Shown: positions 24,089-35,811 of the stretch, one piece after another
Layout of the letters: every line of letters starts with the position of its first letter
How positions within the stretch are numbered: position 1 is the stretch's first letter
Assembly: GCF_056746865.1 (NCBI RefSeq)
Contig: NZ_CM163382.1
Strand: one strand, 5' to 3'
DNA: 64,000 nucleotides
The notes under the pieces: model-generated
The model's database searches: none
The model's input: the letters and a program-made list of their open reading frames with translations, nothing else
What the model was told of the DNA's origin: nothing
Made by a program: the position numbers and the translations under genes

Positions 24089-25492
24089 TTATAACGTTAC
24101 GGAAGCCGTTTTTTCTTCTGTCGCCATCTCTTTATTTTTGCGTTGGTTGATTTCCTCAATAATCAATGCAAACCGTTTTTCATTGAGTGTGTAAAAGAAT
24201 CCCATCGTTAATGCAGCAATAATTGCCAGCGCACAAGGCCAGATAAAAATGAGCTGACGCAAACCCTGTAATGTCGCATCACTTTGCGCGATGTTGGGAA
24301 CATAACCGATTTGCGTCAGCATAATGCCTGGCAAGAAGCCAGCAAGTGCGGCAGAAATTTTACGAAAGAAGGTATAACCGGTATAAACAGAACCTTCGGC
24401 ACGAATACCGGTTTTCCATTCACCGTAATCTACGGTATCTGGTACCAGCGCCCAGTTCAGGCTGTTCACAAAGGCCGTGCCAAAAAAGGCGACACAAGAG
24501 AACATGACAAAAGTGAAAGAGTTACTTCCCCAGAAATAATTCAGGATATCACCAACCGCCCATAGCACCATGCCAGCTAAATAAACCTGTTTTTTACCAA
24601 AACATTTTACAGTTAATGGCACCAGTAATACGCCGACGAGGATACATCCCATACTGAAAAATCCCATCCACGACAATAAATTAATATCATTCAGCACATA
24701 TTGGGTGTAATAGACCTGAATCGCCAGTTTGATATTAAATGCCGCCAGGGTACACAGGTTAGCAATGCACAAAACCAGCAATGGCGGATTACGAAATATC
24801 GCGCAAAAAGATTTGAGAATACTGGCTTTATGTCCGGTTGGCGCTGTGTCCACATAATGCTCTTTGACGCCTCTGTAGCACAGCATCATAAAAATAAAGC
24901 CACCAATGGAGAACATCAGTGCCGCGCAGGCATAACCGACGGTGGAGTCAGAAAAAAGCGACTGCAACGGAATAAACGCCACGGTACAAATCAATAGCCC
25001 TATGGTTGCACCACCCTGGCGGTAAGCCGCGAGCTGCGCGCGCTCATTCGGGTTTTTGGTAATGGCCGGGATCATCGCGCCATACGAGCAGTTCATCAGA
25101 CTGTATGAAAGCCCAAACATCATAAACAGTGCTGTGGCAATCGTCGTTTTAACCGGCAAACTAAAAGTGGTGGCGATAAACTGGAGCGTTGCAATTAACG
25201 CCGCCGGAACCGCTGCGTATAAAATAAACGGCCTGAACTTTCCTTTAGGCCCAATATTTTTCCGCGAATCGAGTAAAAATCCGGTGAGCATATCGGTAAA
25301 CGCGGTAAAAAACTTCGCCACCAGAAAGATAATCCCGCCATAGTAAGCAGGCATCCCTAATTCATCGGTATAAAATTTGAGGAGATACAGAGTGCCGATG
25401 CTAAGCATTAAATTCGAACCGACGTCGCCCATGCCATAGGCGATTTTTTCCCGCAGATTCAGTTTTAATGTCAGTGGATTATGGTCAGACAT
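24089..25492 (-). CDS. yihO: GPH-family sugar:cation symporter YihO (sulfoquinovose importer)
   Basis: ~467 aa, glycoside-pentoside-hexuronide transporter family; paralogous to adjacent yihP. Confidence 0.88.
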   Translation of the reverse strand: MSDHNPLTLKLNLREKIAYGMGDVGSNLMLSIGTLYLLKFYTDELGMPAYYGGIIFLVAKFFTAFTDMLTGFLLDSRKNIGPKGKFRPFILYAAVPAALIATLQFIATTFSLPVKTTIATALFMMFGLSYSLMNCSYGAMIPAITKNPNERAQLAAYRQGGATIGLLICTVAFIPLQSLFSDSTVGYACAALMFSIGGFIFMMLCYRGVKEHYVDTAPTGHKASILKSFCAIFRNPPLLVLCIANLCTLAAFNIKLAIQVYYTQYVLNDINLLSWMGFFSMGCILVGVLLVPLTVKCFGKKQVYLAGMVLWAVGDILNYFWGSNSFTFVMFSCVAFFGTAFVNSLNWALVPDTVDYGEWKTGIRAEGSVYTGYTFFRKISAALAGFLPGIMLTQIGYVPNIAQSDATLQGLRQLIFIWPCALAIIAALTMGFFYTLNEKRFALIIEEINQRKNKEMATEEKTASVTL

Positions 25493-25532
25493 AATCACTC
25501 CTTATAACGCCCCGCAGGGCGTTGTTTATTAT

Positions 25533-26918
25533 TTATTCCGTGCGTTTACGGGCTTCTATTTCTTCAACAATGCGGACGTACATTTTCTCGTTCAGACTGT
25601 AGAAACAACCCATCGCAACAATGGTGACTACCGCCAGTGCGCTTGGGTAGATGAAGATCAGCTGGCGTAAACCTTCGATGGTATGGTCAGCCTGGGCGAC
25701 GTTTGGCACATAGCCGATTTGCGTCAGCATCCAGCCTGGGAAGAAACCAGCCAGCGCCTGAGAAACTTTGCGAAAGAAGGTGAAACCGGTGTAGACCGTC
25801 CCTTCCGAACGCACGCCGGTGCGCCATTCGCCATATTCCACGGTGTCGGAAATCAGCGCCCAGTTCAGGCTGTTAACAAACGCTGAGCCGAAGAATGCCA
25901 GGCAGGAGAACGTCACGAAGCTGACCGAACCGCCGCCAAAGAAATAGTTGAGCAGATCGCCAAGCACCCAAATCAGCAGGCCGCCGATATAGACCTTCTT
26001 CTTACCAAAACGTCTGACTGCGCCAGGCATCAGGAACACGCCGATGAAAATACAGCCCATGCTGAAAAATCCCATATATGACAACAGGATGGGATCGTTA
26101 AGCACGTACTGGGTGTAATAAACCTGAATGGCGAGCTTGACGTTAAACGCCCCTAAGGTGCAGAGGTTAGCAATACACAGAATGAACAGCGGGCGGTTAC
26201 CGGCAATTGCGCGGAAAGATTGCAACAGGCCAGGCTTTTGCGCCGGATTGGTAGGTTGGGTTTCGACATAACGCTCTTTCACGCCCGAGTAGCAGATCCA
26301 CATAAACAGCAGGCCGAACAGTGAAAACAGCGTGGCAGCGAAGATATAGCCAATTTGCTGATTACCTTCGATAAGATTCATAACCGGCACGAATCCCACC
26401 GTACACAGCAGCAGGCCCAGCGTAGCGCCGCCCTGACGCCATGCCGCCAGTGAGGCGCGCTCGTTGGGATTTTTGGTGATGGCAGGCACCATTGCGCCGT
26501 AGGAACAGTTCATCATGCTGAAAAACAGTCCATAAAGCATAAACAGGATAGTGGCCATCACCGTTTTACCGGTGACATCGAACGGCGTACCGATAAAGTT
26601 GGCGATCGCCAGTAAGGTAACCGGGAATGACGCATACAGAATAAAAGGACGGAACTTACCTTTTGGACCGATCTTGCGTCGGGAATCCAACATGATGCCG
26701 GTTCCCATATCGGTAAAGGCGGTAAAGAATTTCGAGATCAAAAAGATAATGCCGCCATAGGTACCAGGTAGCCCCAGAACGTCGGTATAAAACTTCAAAA
26801 GATAAAGCGTACCAATATCCAGCAGGATGTTAGAGGCCAGGTCGCCAATACCGTAAGAGAGTTTCTCTTTAAAGGGCAGGCGTAAAGTTGCTGGATCTTC
26901 CGTTGTGATGTGACTCAT
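25533..26918 (-). CDS. yihP: GPH-family symporter YihP
   Basis: 461 aa from MSHITTEDP with GGGAG RBS; paralogue of yihO. Confidence 0.88.
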   Translation of the reverse strand: MSHITTEDPATLRLPFKEKLSYGIGDLASNILLDIGTLYLLKFYTDVLGLPGTYGGIIFLISKFFTAFTDMGTGIMLDSRRKIGPKGKFRPFILYASFPVTLLAIANFIGTPFDVTGKTVMATILFMLYGLFFSMMNCSYGAMVPAITKNPNERASLAAWRQGGATLGLLLCTVGFVPVMNLIEGNQQIGYIFAATLFSLFGLLFMWICYSGVKERYVETQPTNPAQKPGLLQSFRAIAGNRPLFILCIANLCTLGAFNVKLAIQVYYTQYVLNDPILLSYMGFFSMGCIFIGVFLMPGAVRRFGKKKVYIGGLLIWVLGDLLNYFFGGGSVSFVTFSCLAFFGSAFVNSLNWALISDTVEYGEWRTGVRSEGTVYTGFTFFRKVSQALAGFFPGWMLTQIGYVPNVAQADHTIEGLRQLIFIYPSALAVVTIVAMGCFYSLNEKMYVRIVEEIEARKRTE

Positions 26919-26963
26919 CGATGTTCTCCCTTTGCCCATGAGTTTCCCCACGGGCGAATGTGA

Positions 26964-29000
26964 TTAGATGCTTTTTAACGACGCGAACAGTGCCGCCCAT
27001 TCGCTATCGGCGCGATAAAAGACCGGCGGCTTGCCGATGGGCGCATTAACGGTCACTTCCCCGCCCCGGAACGCTTCACCCGTCCAGGCGTGCACCCAGT
27101 TATCCTCCGGCAGATAGAGCGTCCAGTCGCTACGGCCTTCTTCATGCACCGGAGCGACCAGAATGTCGCGACCTAACAGGTACTGATATTTCAGGGTGTA
27201 AGTGTGCGCATCGTCTTCGTAATGCAGGAACAGCGGGCGCATGACCGGCAGACCGGACTTCGCATTCAGCGCGACGGCCTCTTTCAGGTAAGGTTTCAGG
27301 GTGGTGAAGACGGTGGTCATACGGGCAAAATGGGCGATAGTTTCCGCGTCGCCGTCAAACTGCCAGTTGTCGCCCGGACGGTTGCCTTCGTGGGTGCGCA
27401 TCATCGGCGTGAAGGCGCTGAAATCACACCAGCGCAGTAGCAGCTCTTTGCTGCGCTTCATCTCAAACAGGGTGGTGTAACCGCCAATGTCGCTGTGATG
27501 CAGGCCATGTCCGGTCATTGCCAGCGACAGCGCCGCCGGGACAACCGACGCCAGGCCATCGTCCAGACTCCAGTCGACGTTCTGGTCACCCGCCCACATC
27601 ATGGTGGAGTATTTCTGGCTACCGGTAGAACCGGCGCGCATAAAGAAAAGGATCTCGCCGAGCTTGCCCGTTTCTTCAAGGGCTTCGTAGTTACATTTCG
27701 CCCACAGCGCTGGCCAGGCGTTATGCATAATCTCCGCGCTGACGCCGTTATGCAGGTACGTGTCGGTGGGCAGATACTCGCCGAAGTCAGCCATCCAGCC
27801 GCCGCAGCCAAGTTCAATCATGTTCTTTTTGATCACTTCCTTGAACCAGGCGTAGGCTTCTGGATTGGTGAGGTCGACAACGCCGCCATAGAACTCGCCA
27901 AACTCCACCAGATAGTCGCCGCCAGAGGCATCTTTTGCCAGATAACCGCGCTTTGCCGCCTCTTCGCAGAGATCTTTATCGCTGGCGACATACGGGTTGA
28001 TATAGGCCAGGAACTGCACGCCCTCTTTGTTCCACTGCTTAATACGTGAGTCCAGTTGCGGATAGTTTTCGCTGTTCCACTTCCAGTTCCACATTACGCG
28101 TTTGCCAAAAGAGGTCATACGGATCCCGGACCAGTCCTGCGCCCAGATGCCGTTAACCTTCACACCCGCGTTACGCATGGTGTCCAGTTTCTTCTGACAC
28201 ACTTCCGTCCCGCCCTGAATGCCGAGCGTTACCCCGTCATAAATCCAGTCGGGCAGTTCTGGCTGGCGTCCCAGCAGGGCAGTTAATTTTTCCAGCAGGG
28301 AGATGTATGTATCAGCACATTCAAAACGCAGCGTTGCTTTGTCTTCCCACAGCGCCAGTTCATGGTATTCCGGGGCGCTAAAGTCGAAGTTCATGTAGCA
28401 ACTGTTATCAACATGGCAGTAATACTTCTGCGTGCTGACAAACGTAGGCTGTGGGAAGAAAGTCCAGTAATAGTCGCCGCCCGCGTTCTCTTTGCAGTCG
28501 GCCTGCCAGGTGACATAGGTTTGCTTGTTGCGACCAACGCCTTGTTCACTGGTCCATAGCGGGAACGGTTTGCCGCGCAGATCGAAGTAGGAAAACTGTT
28601 CGCCGCAGCCGTAGATATGGTCCTCTGGTTGAGCGGCAAGGCGCAGCCAGATGCGGTTGTGGTTAAGGTTGTCGTTTTGTAGTTCCAGCAATAAACGGCC
28701 CTGATCGTCGGCAGAGATATTCAGCGTGGCGCTAATGTCAGAACCACGGCTGAAATGGATTAACCAACCATCCGGTGACTGGCTGACGGTAGCGTCGGTG
28801 AGCGCAATCTTCTCCTGCAATTTATCTTTAATGCTGAAATTACCGCGGAACATATCGATATCCGCTATACCTGAGCCAATCCATAAACAAGGATTATCTT
28901 TACTATGGGTTAAAATAAGACGGCCCTGAAAACGTAGGGTAAGACTGTCGTTATTCTGATGAAATTGAAAATCTAATAACTGTGGGCGTGGCGTATCCAT
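26964..29000 (-). CDS. yihQ: Sulfoquinovosidase (GH31 family)
   Basis: 678 aa, GH31 alpha-glucosidase-like catalytic region (WAQDWSG..., GDQNVDWS). Confidence 0.92.
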   Translation of the reverse strand: MDTPRPQLLDFQFHQNNDSLTLRFQGRLILTHSKDNPCLWIGSGIADIDMFRGNFSIKDKLQEKIALTDATVSQSPDGWLIHFSRGSDISATLNISADDQGRLLLELQNDNLNHNRIWLRLAAQPEDHIYGCGEQFSYFDLRGKPFPLWTSEQGVGRNKQTYVTWQADCKENAGGDYYWTFFPQPTFVSTQKYYCHVDNSCYMNFDFSAPEYHELALWEDKATLRFECADTYISLLEKLTALLGRQPELPDWIYDGVTLGIQGGTEVCQKKLDTMRNAGVKVNGIWAQDWSGIRMTSFGKRVMWNWKWNSENYPQLDSRIKQWNKEGVQFLAYINPYVASDKDLCEEAAKRGYLAKDASGGDYLVEFGEFYGGVVDLTNPEAYAWFKEVIKKNMIELGCGGWMADFGEYLPTDTYLHNGVSAEIMHNAWPALWAKCNYEALEETGKLGEILFFMRAGSTGSQKYSTMMWAGDQNVDWSLDDGLASVVPAALSLAMTGHGLHHSDIGGYTTLFEMKRSKELLLRWCDFSAFTPMMRTHEGNRPGDNWQFDGDAETIAHFARMTTVFTTLKPYLKEAVALNAKSGLPVMRPLFLHYEDDAHTYTLKYQYLLGRDILVAPVHEEGRSDWTLYLPEDNWVHAWTGEAFRGGEVTVNAPIGKPPVFYRADSEWAALFASLKSI

Positions 29001-29204
29001 AAATAATCTCCATAGAGTTGAGAACGAGGTTGTTTCCTTCCTGTTATTGTTATTACAGGCTTATGTAAAATGATTCTCATAAAACTGATATATATAAACT
29101 TTAAAGAAGCTGAGCTGTTTTTAACTTAATAAATTGATGATACATAACGTTGCCTTTAGCGAGTGAAATGTTCTTCAATGATTTTGACTGCTAATCAATA
29201 CAAG

Positions 29205-30116
29205 TTATTTTCTCTGTCCGTAAATATTAAAAAACAGGCGGTGTGTTTTTCCGGGTTGCAGTAATATTAAATCGGTGCCGGAATTAAACGCATCAGGCGG
29301 GCAACTCATAGGTTCAACTGCCAGTCCCTGACGCTGTAATTTTTCACCGCTATAAACCTGCACCCAGGGTTGATCGCAACAGAGGCTCACCGAAAGCAAA
29401 TGCTGTGGATGGGTAATGGTCATTTCCCACAGGTCATTAGCGGTTTTAAAGGTATGGTCTATTTTTGTCGCGGCTATTTTTGTCGCCCGCGTGAAATTTA
29501 AATTCAGCTCATCAACGTGGTGAAGCGTTGTCGGATTTGCGTGCTCATCGACGGCATAAACCTGTTCTGCCGGAAGCTGGAAAAGATAGTCATCAACAGA
29601 TGTTAAGTTGCAGGTTAAATAAGGATGAATACCCACACCATAAGGTGCGGTCACAGTACCAATATTCTGGCTTGCGATCTCAACGGAAAGGCCCGTGCGA
29701 GCGTTGAGCGAATAAACAACCTGCGAAGCCAGCATAAACGGATAGCCGTAACTGGGCGGCAGAAAAGCTGTCAGGGTAACGCTGGTGGCGGTTAATTCGC
29801 TAATTTGCCAGTCACGCCAGGCAAGCAGCCCGTGAATAGCGGCTTTTGAACTATGTTCATTAATGGGTAACTGATAGTCCTGCCCCTGATAGCGGTAACA
29901 GCCGTTGGCGATCCGGTTCGGCCACGGAATAAGCACTTTACCCAGATGCGCCAGCGGCATCTCTTCGGGTTTGTGCGGGATGACTAAATGACAACCCTGA
30001 AAGGTTAATTCAGCCAGACCAGCACCAACCGTCACGATAGTCGCGTGATAATCCCCCGCGGCAAGTGAAACGGTTTGTCCACTGCAATGCATGTTGGTGA
30101 TTTGCATACGAGGCAC
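29205..30116 (-). CDS. yihR: Aldose 1-epimerase family protein YihR (sulfoquinovose mutarotase)
   Basis: 303 aa ORF, mutarotase-like; start codon uncertain. Confidence 0.85.
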   Translation of the reverse strand: MPRMQITNMHCSGQTVSLAAGDYHATIVTVGAGLAELTFQGCHLVIPHKPEEMPLAHLGKVLIPWPNRIANGCYRYQGQDYQLPINEHSSKAAIHGLLAWRDWQISELTATSVTLTAFLPPSYGYPFMLASQVVYSLNARTGLSVEIASQNIGTVTAPYGVGIHPYLTCNLTSVDDYLFQLPAEQVYAVDEHANPTTLHHVDELNLNFTRATKIAATKIDHTFKTANDLWEMTITHPQHLLSVSLCCDQPWVQVYSGEKLQRQGLAVEPMSCPPDAFNSGTDLILLQPGKTHRLFFNIYGQRK

Positions 30117-30174
30117 CTTTATTGAATAACGACATACCCGGCATGTAGCCTGATATGCCGTTATTTCAGCTCAG

Positions 30175-31416
30175 TTATTTCGCGTTAATGTCCAGCAGGC
30201 CTGCGGCAACAGCCGGTGCCAGACCAGGGGCTAACGGGATACGCGGGATCACCAGGCAATGCAGCAGGTGATAAATATCCTGTTTGCCGTCCCAGACTTT
30301 CGTGGTGACTTTATTGTCCGCATCCAGCTCCTGCCACCAGGAACCATTTTCATAGTCCATCAGGTACTTAATGCAGTAGTCCCACCATGTCTGATACCAG
30401 GTTTCATACTGGCGATCGCCGGTGACGGTGTAGAGCGCGTAAGCCGTACCCATCGCTTCGACGATAGGCCAACGCACACGTTCGCGAACCACCGGTTTGC
30501 CTTCCCAGTCAACGGTATAAACAATCCCGTCCGCGCCATCGGGTGCCCAGGCATCGCGCACGGTGGCGTTAAATAGACCTTTGGCATCTTCTAGCAGCCA
30601 GGCAGGCGGCTGTTCACAACGGGCTTCCAGGGCCGCGTGGATGTGCAGCATTAAACGGCCCCATTCGATCCAGTGGCCCGGCGTGCCACCGAATGCGCGG
30701 AAGCGGTGCGCCGGGTTATCTTTGTTGTAATCCGGCAGCGGATTCCACTGGGTATCGAAGTGCTCGTTAACGCGATAATGATTATTTCTGGCGACGTCGT
30801 GGATAATCACGGAAGCCACGCGAATCGCGCGATCCAGCCATTTTTTGTCGTGCGTTACGTCATAAACAATCAGGAAGGCTTCCACCGCGTGCATGTTGGC
30901 ATTGCCGCCGCGGTACTCTTCGGTTTTGCTGAAGGCTTCGTCCCACGACTCCAGGCACATCTGCTCTTCTTCACTCCAGAAATATTTTTCAATAATTTCA
31001 ATGGTGTAATCGAGCAGCTTGCGTGCTTCCGGGTGACCGGTAGTGACGGCACTGGCGGCACCCAGCAGAGCAAAGAAGTGTTGATAGCCTTGTTTGGAGG
31101 CATCCACCACGCCCTCGTCATTCACGCAGGCATACCAGCCGCCATATTTTTTATCGCGCAGTGCGCCATTCATGGCTTTGATACCGTGATCAACCAACGA
31201 GTAAGCGCCAGGGCGGCCCATCGCCGCAGCAACGGAATAAACGTGCAGCATACGGGCGGTGATCCACAGATGCGTGCCCATCTCTTCTTTGATTTGCCCT
31301 TTATTGCCCAGCCAGCCAAAGCCAGTCGGCACTACGGCATTCTTACCAAAATCAAAGATGCGATCGGTTTCCTGTTCCAGCCAGCGGTTGTGACTTAAGG
31401 TGTTAAACCATTTCAT
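30175..31416 (-). CDS. yihS: Sulfoquinovose isomerase
   Basis: 413 aa, N-acyl-glucosamine 2-epimerase-like fold. Confidence 0.92.
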   Translation of the reverse strand: MKWFNTLSHNRWLEQETDRIFDFGKNAVVPTGFGWLGNKGQIKEEMGTHLWITARMLHVYSVAAAMGRPGAYSLVDHGIKAMNGALRDKKYGGWYACVNDEGVVDASKQGYQHFFALLGAASAVTTGHPEARKLLDYTIEIIEKYFWSEEEQMCLESWDEAFSKTEEYRGGNANMHAVEAFLIVYDVTHDKKWLDRAIRVASVIIHDVARNNHYRVNEHFDTQWNPLPDYNKDNPAHRFRAFGGTPGHWIEWGRLMLHIHAALEARCEQPPAWLLEDAKGLFNATVRDAWAPDGADGIVYTVDWEGKPVVRERVRWPIVEAMGTAYALYTVTGDRQYETWYQTWWDYCIKYLMDYENGSWWQELDADNKVTTKVWDGKQDIYHLLHCLVIPRIPLAPGLAPAVAAGLLDINAK

Positions 31417-31431
31417 TTTTGTATCCCCATC

Positions 31432-32310
31432 TTAACGGCGTTTAGCCATCATTTCGTCGACGATATCGCCAAGTTGTTGTAATTTCGGTGCGCAAACGTC
31501 ACGCAGCATCAGCTCGTTGTCTGGTAAACCGACAACCGATGCCCAGACGGCACGACCAGCCAGGAAGCCCGATGCACCCGCTGTCATTGCCACGCGTACG
31601 GCACGCGGGAACAGTTTTTCGTCGACACCGGAAGAAAGTATCACCCACGGCATATTGATATGGTCATTCAGACGTTGTGAAGCACTGAGAAGCTCTTGTT
31701 GCGGACCTTTACCGTAAAGCGGCATTTCAACTTTGTAGAGGTCAGCGCCACTGTCGCCCAGCTCTTTGGCAGCATCGATGATCGCTTGTTCGCGATCGAA
31801 TTTATCGCCACGACGTGGTGGGCGGACGACTGGCTCAATAATGCTTACCAGGCCGTGTGAGTGGCACAGTTCGTTAAACTCTTTCACCATATCCAGACGT
31901 TGCTGCGCATCTTCATCACTACGCCACAGCACCAGCAGTTTTAAGGCTTTGCCACCGTCTTGTTTGATTTGTAGCGGATTGATTTTGCGGTCAATGACCA
32001 CGCTATCTACCGGAATACCGTTGCCAGGAATGAACTCATCGGCGGCGACAATCATGGCGCAACTTTTGGCAATCGCGTTTTGCTCAACCACCTGGCGGTA
32101 ACAGAATTGTTGATCTACCAGAATCGCCGAGGCATAAGGCGAGAGGGTCTTCGCCGCGTTAACTTTGAAATCAGTTAAAACGCTATCGGCTACCGGAGCG
32201 GGTGCGCCAGCCGCAGCAAACATCATGCGCATGGCTTCGCGCTGATCGACCGCCAGCATGGCAAAACCGCCCGATGCGCGCGTAATGTCGTTGATGGTGT
32301 ACTTATTCAT
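31432..32310 (-). CDS. yihT: 6-deoxy-6-sulfofructose-1-phosphate aldolase
   Basis: 292 aa, class I aldolase (DeoC/LacD-like). Confidence 0.92.
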   Translation of the reverse strand: MNKYTINDITRASGGFAMLAVDQREAMRMMFAAAGAPAPVADSVLTDFKVNAAKTLSPYASAILVDQQFCYRQVVEQNAIAKSCAMIVAADEFIPGNGIPVDSVVIDRKINPLQIKQDGGKALKLLVLWRSDEDAQQRLDMVKEFNELCHSHGLVSIIEPVVRPPRRGDKFDREQAIIDAAKELGDSGADLYKVEMPLYGKGPQQELLSASQRLNDHINMPWVILSSGVDEKLFPRAVRVAMTAGASGFLAGRAVWASVVGLPDNELMLRDVCAPKLQQLGDIVDEMMAKRR

Positions 32311-32333
32311 TCATTTATTCCTTTATCCAGTCG

Positions 32334-33230
32334 TTACATTTTTACTTTGGCAGTCATCCCGGCACTGACACGGACCTGTTCCAGAATGGCGGACCAGTCC
32401 TGGCGACCGCGACCCGCTGCGCGCGCCTGGCTATAAACCTCCCGTGAGGCGGCCCCCAGCGGCATTGGCACATGCAGCTGGTTGGCGACATCAAGGGCGA
32501 TACCAAGATCCTTATGGGCAAGATCGATCATGAAGGCGGGAGAAAGATCCCCGCTGAGGACTTTGTTTGGCCAGGAAGTGGTGAAGTGGCCTTTACCGGC
32601 GGCGGTGCCGCTCATCACCTTGACGGCAACATCGAAGGGAAGATTCAGGGCTTCGCACAAAACAGCGGCTTCTGCCGAAAGCGCATTGAGCGCGATGCTC
32701 ATGTAGTTGTTGATGAGCTTAACGCGGATCCCCATGCCCGGACCGCCCGCGTTGATCAACTCACTGCCCATCGCCATCAGGATCGGTGTGGCGCGTTCAA
32801 CTTGTTCAGCGGTGCCGCCAGCCAGCAGTAACAGAGTACCGGTAATGGCATTTGCAGAAGTACGGCCTACCGGAACATCCATCATGCTGAAGCCTTTGGC
32901 TTGCATATCGGCAATCAATTTATCGGTTTGCAGCGGGTGGATGGTCGACATATCGATGACCAGCGCATCGGTAGATAAGCTTTCGCAAACGCCGTTTTCA
33001 CCGAACAACACGCTGCGCACCAGATCGCCATTCGGCAACATGGTAATGATAAATTCGGCATCTTTAGCGGCCTGCGCCGGGTTGGCGGCGGGAGTCGCAC
33101 CTTTGTCTACCAGATGCCGCACAGCTTCGGCGTTCACATCAAAGACGCGAAGTTGATGCCCTTGCTGCAATAAATTGCTCGCCATTGGCGAACCCATTTG
33201 TCCTAAACCGATAAACGCGATTGCTGCCAT
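32334..33230 (-). CDS. yihU: 3-sulfolactaldehyde reductase
   Basis: 298 aa, N-terminal Rossmann GLGQMG, 3-hydroxyisobutyrate dehydrogenase-like. Confidence 0.92.
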   Translation of the reverse strand: MAAIAFIGLGQMGSPMASNLLQQGHQLRVFDVNAEAVRHLVDKGATPAANPAQAAKDAEFIITMLPNGDLVRSVLFGENGVCESLSTDALVIDMSTIHPLQTDKLIADMQAKGFSMMDVPVGRTSANAITGTLLLLAGGTAEQVERATPILMAMGSELINAGGPGMGIRVKLINNYMSIALNALSAEAAVLCEALNLPFDVAVKVMSGTAAGKGHFTTSWPNKVLSGDLSPAFMIDLAHKDLGIALDVANQLHVPMPLGAASREVYSQARAAGRGRQDWSAILEQVRVSAGMTAKVKM

Positions 33231-33397
33231 AACCCTCTCCTGAATACAGTGATGTCACTTTTTGTCATTTATGACATGCTTTGCTTGTCTGTTTTTGATC
33301 GTATTTGTAATTTATCGTCAAAAAATTGACAGCCGTCACTTTTTAAACAATTGGTGAAATTAAAATGAACGCATCCCAAAATGCTTAAGGAATGACC

Positions 33398-34294
33398 ATG
33401 ATTCGTGTTGCTTGTGTAGGTATTACCGTGATGGATCGTATTTATTACGTGGAAGGATTACCGACGGAGAGCGGTAAATACGTGGCGAGAAATTATACGG
33501 AAGTTGGTGGCGGGCCAGCGGCGACGGCAGCGGTTGCGGCGGCAAGGCTGGGGGCGCAGGTTGATTTTATTGGTCGCGTAGGTGATGACGACACGGGCAA
33601 CAGCCTGCTGGCAGAGCTGGAATCCTGGGGCGTTAACACCCGTTACACCAAACGGTATAACCAGGCGAAATCTTCGCAATCCGCCATCATGGTGGATGCC
33701 AAAGGCGAGCGGATAATCATTAACTACCCCAGCCCGGATCTGCTGCCTGACGCAGAGTGGTTGGAGGAAATTGATTTCTCTCAGTGGGATGTTGTGCTGG
33801 CAGATGTACGCTGGCACGACGGTGCTAAAAAAGCCTTCACTCTGGCCCGGCAGGCGGGCGTGATGACTGTTCTGGACGGGGACATTACGCCGCAGGATAT
33901 CAGCGAGCTGGTGGCATTAAGCGATCACGCGGCCTTTTCAGAACCGGGTCTGGCGCGCTTAACGGGCGTGAAAGAGATGGCCAGTGCGCTAAAACAGGCA
34001 CAAACGCTCACAAATGGTCATGTCTATGTGACCCAGGGGAGTGCCGGCTGTGACTGGCTGGAAAATGGCGGACGTCAACATCAACCGGCCTTCAAAGTTG
34101 ATGTGGTAGATACCACCGGTGCGGGTGATGTTTTTCACGGCGCATTGGCGGTGGCGCTGGCAACAGATGGGGATTTAGCGGAGTCAGTCCGCTTCGCCAG
34201 CGGTGTAGCGGCGTTGAAATGCACGCGTCCCGGTGGACGAGCCGGGATCCCTGACTGTGATCAAACCCGATCTTTTTTGTCACTTTTTGTATAA
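33398..34294 (+). CDS. yihV: 6-deoxy-6-sulfofructose kinase (PfkB family)
   Basis: 298 aa from MIRVACVG, ribokinase-like, GAGD motif. Confidence 0.9.
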   Translation: MIRVACVGITVMDRIYYVEGLPTESGKYVARNYTEVGGGPAATAAVAAARLGAQVDFIGRVGDDDTGNSLLAELESWGVNTRYTKRYNQAKSSQSAIMVDAKGERIIINYPSPDLLPDAEWLEEIDFSQWDVVLADVRWHDGAKKAFTLARQAGVMTVLDGDITPQDISELVALSDHAAFSEPGLARLTGVKEMASALKQAQTLTNGHVYVTQGSAGCDWLENGGRQHQPAFKVDVVDTTGAGDVFHGALAVALATDGDLAESVRFASGVAALKCTRPGGRAGIPDCDQTRSFLSLFV

Positions 34295-34327
34295 AATGCC
34301 AGGGTGATGGTTTTTCGAGGAATTTTC

Positions 34328-35113
34328 ATGAGCCTTACCGAACTAACCGGTAACCCGCGGCACGACCAACTCCTCATGCTGATCGCCGAGCGTGGGTATA
34401 TGAATATTGATGAGCTGGCAAATCTGCTGGATGTCTCCACGCAGACGGTCCGCCGGGATATTCGTAAATTAAGCGAGCAAGGGCTGATCACGCGCCATCA
34501 CGGTGGCGCGGGTCGGGCCTCCAGCGTCGTTAATACGGCGTTTGAGCAGCGTGAGGTTTCGCAAACTGAAGAGAAAAAAGCGATTGCCGAAGCGGTGGCA
34601 GACTATATTCCTGATGGTTCAACAATATTTATCACCATTGGTACGACCGTTGAACATGTCGCCCGGGCGTTACTTAACCACAATCATTTGCGGATAATCA
34701 CCAACAGCCTGCGTGTGGCGCATATTCTTTACCACAACCCGCGCTTTGAAGTGATGGTGCCCGGCGGTACGTTGCGCTCTCATAATAGCGGGATCATTGG
34801 CCCTTCAGCGGCGTCCTTTGTGGCTGATTTTCGTGCTGATTATCTGGTAACAAGCGTTGGGGCGATTGAGAGCGATGGCGCGTTGATGGAGTTTGATGTA
34901 AACGAAGCTAACGTGGTGAAAACGATGATGGCGCACGCGAGAAATATTCTGCTGGTCGCCGATCACACTAAGTATCATGCTTCGGCGGCGGTTGAAATTG
35001 GTAACGTGGCACAGGTCACTGCGCTCTTTACCGACGAGCTGCCGCCCGCTGCGCTAAAATCACGCTTACAAGACAGCCAAATTGAAATCATCCTTCCCCA
35101 GGAAGACGCGTAG
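34328..35113 (+). CDS. csqR: DeoR-family repressor of the sulfoquinovose cluster (CsqR/YihW)
   Basis: 261 aa from MSLTELTGNPRHD, DeoR HTH plus sugar-binding domain. Confidence 0.88.
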   Translation: MSLTELTGNPRHDQLLMLIAERGYMNIDELANLLDVSTQTVRRDIRKLSEQGLITRHHGGAGRASSVVNTAFEQREVSQTEEKKAIAEAVADYIPDGSTIFITIGTTVEHVARALLNHNHLRIITNSLRVAHILYHNPRFEVMVPGGTLRSHNSGIIGPSAASFVADFRADYLVTSVGAIESDGALMEFDVNEANVVKTMMAHARNILLVADHTKYHASAAVEIGNVAQVTALFTDELPPAALKSRLQDSQIEIILPQEDA

Positions 35114-35211
35114 AATTTTGTGACCGTTGACCTTGCTTCATACCTGACCACATAGCCAAACCTATCCTTTCCCGCTACAGTTAATTTCTTGTGGCGCGAA
35201 AGGAGGCAAAA

Positions 35212-35811
35212 ATGCTCTATATCTTTGATTTAGGTAATGTGATTGTCGATATCGACTTTAACCGTGTGCTGGGTGCCTGGAGCGATTTAACGCGTGTTCC
35301 ACTGGCTACGCTTAAGAAGAGTTTCCACATGGGCGAGGCGTTTCATCAGCATGAGCGTGGGGAAATTAGCGACGAAGCGTTCGCAGAGGCGCTGTGTCAT
35401 GAGATGGCTCTACCGCTAAGCTATGAGCAGTTCTCTCACGGCTGGCAGGCGGTGTTTGTTGCGCTGCGCCCGGAAGTGATCGCCATCATGCATAAACTGC
35501 GTGAGCAGGGGCATCGCGTGGTGGTGCTTTCCAATACCAACCGCCTGCATACCACCTTCTGGCCGGAAGAATACCCGGAAATTCGTGATGCTGCTGACCA
35601 TATCTATCTGTCGCAAGATCTGGGGATGCGCAAACCTGAAGCACGAATTTACCAGCATGTTTTGCAGGCGGAAGGTTTTTCACCCAGCGATACGGTCTTT
35701 TTCGACGATAACGCCGATAATATAGAAGGAGCTAATCAGCTAGGCATTACCAGCATTCTGGTGAAAGATAAAACCACCATCCCGGGCTATTTCGCGAAGG
35801 TGTTATGCTAA
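35212..35811 (+). CDS. yihX: HAD-family alpha-D-glucose-1-phosphate phosphatase YihX
   Basis: 199 aa from [13 protein letters not shown] (HAD motif I DxG). Confidence 0.88.

Noticed and set aside
24089-26951. yihO/yihP as a recent tandem duplication or assembly artefact
   Set aside because: The two proteins differ at most positions while keeping the same family architecture; consistent with old paralogues known at this locus
30673-31398. 241-aa plus-strand ORF antisense to yihS
   Set aside because: Shadow ORF within yihS
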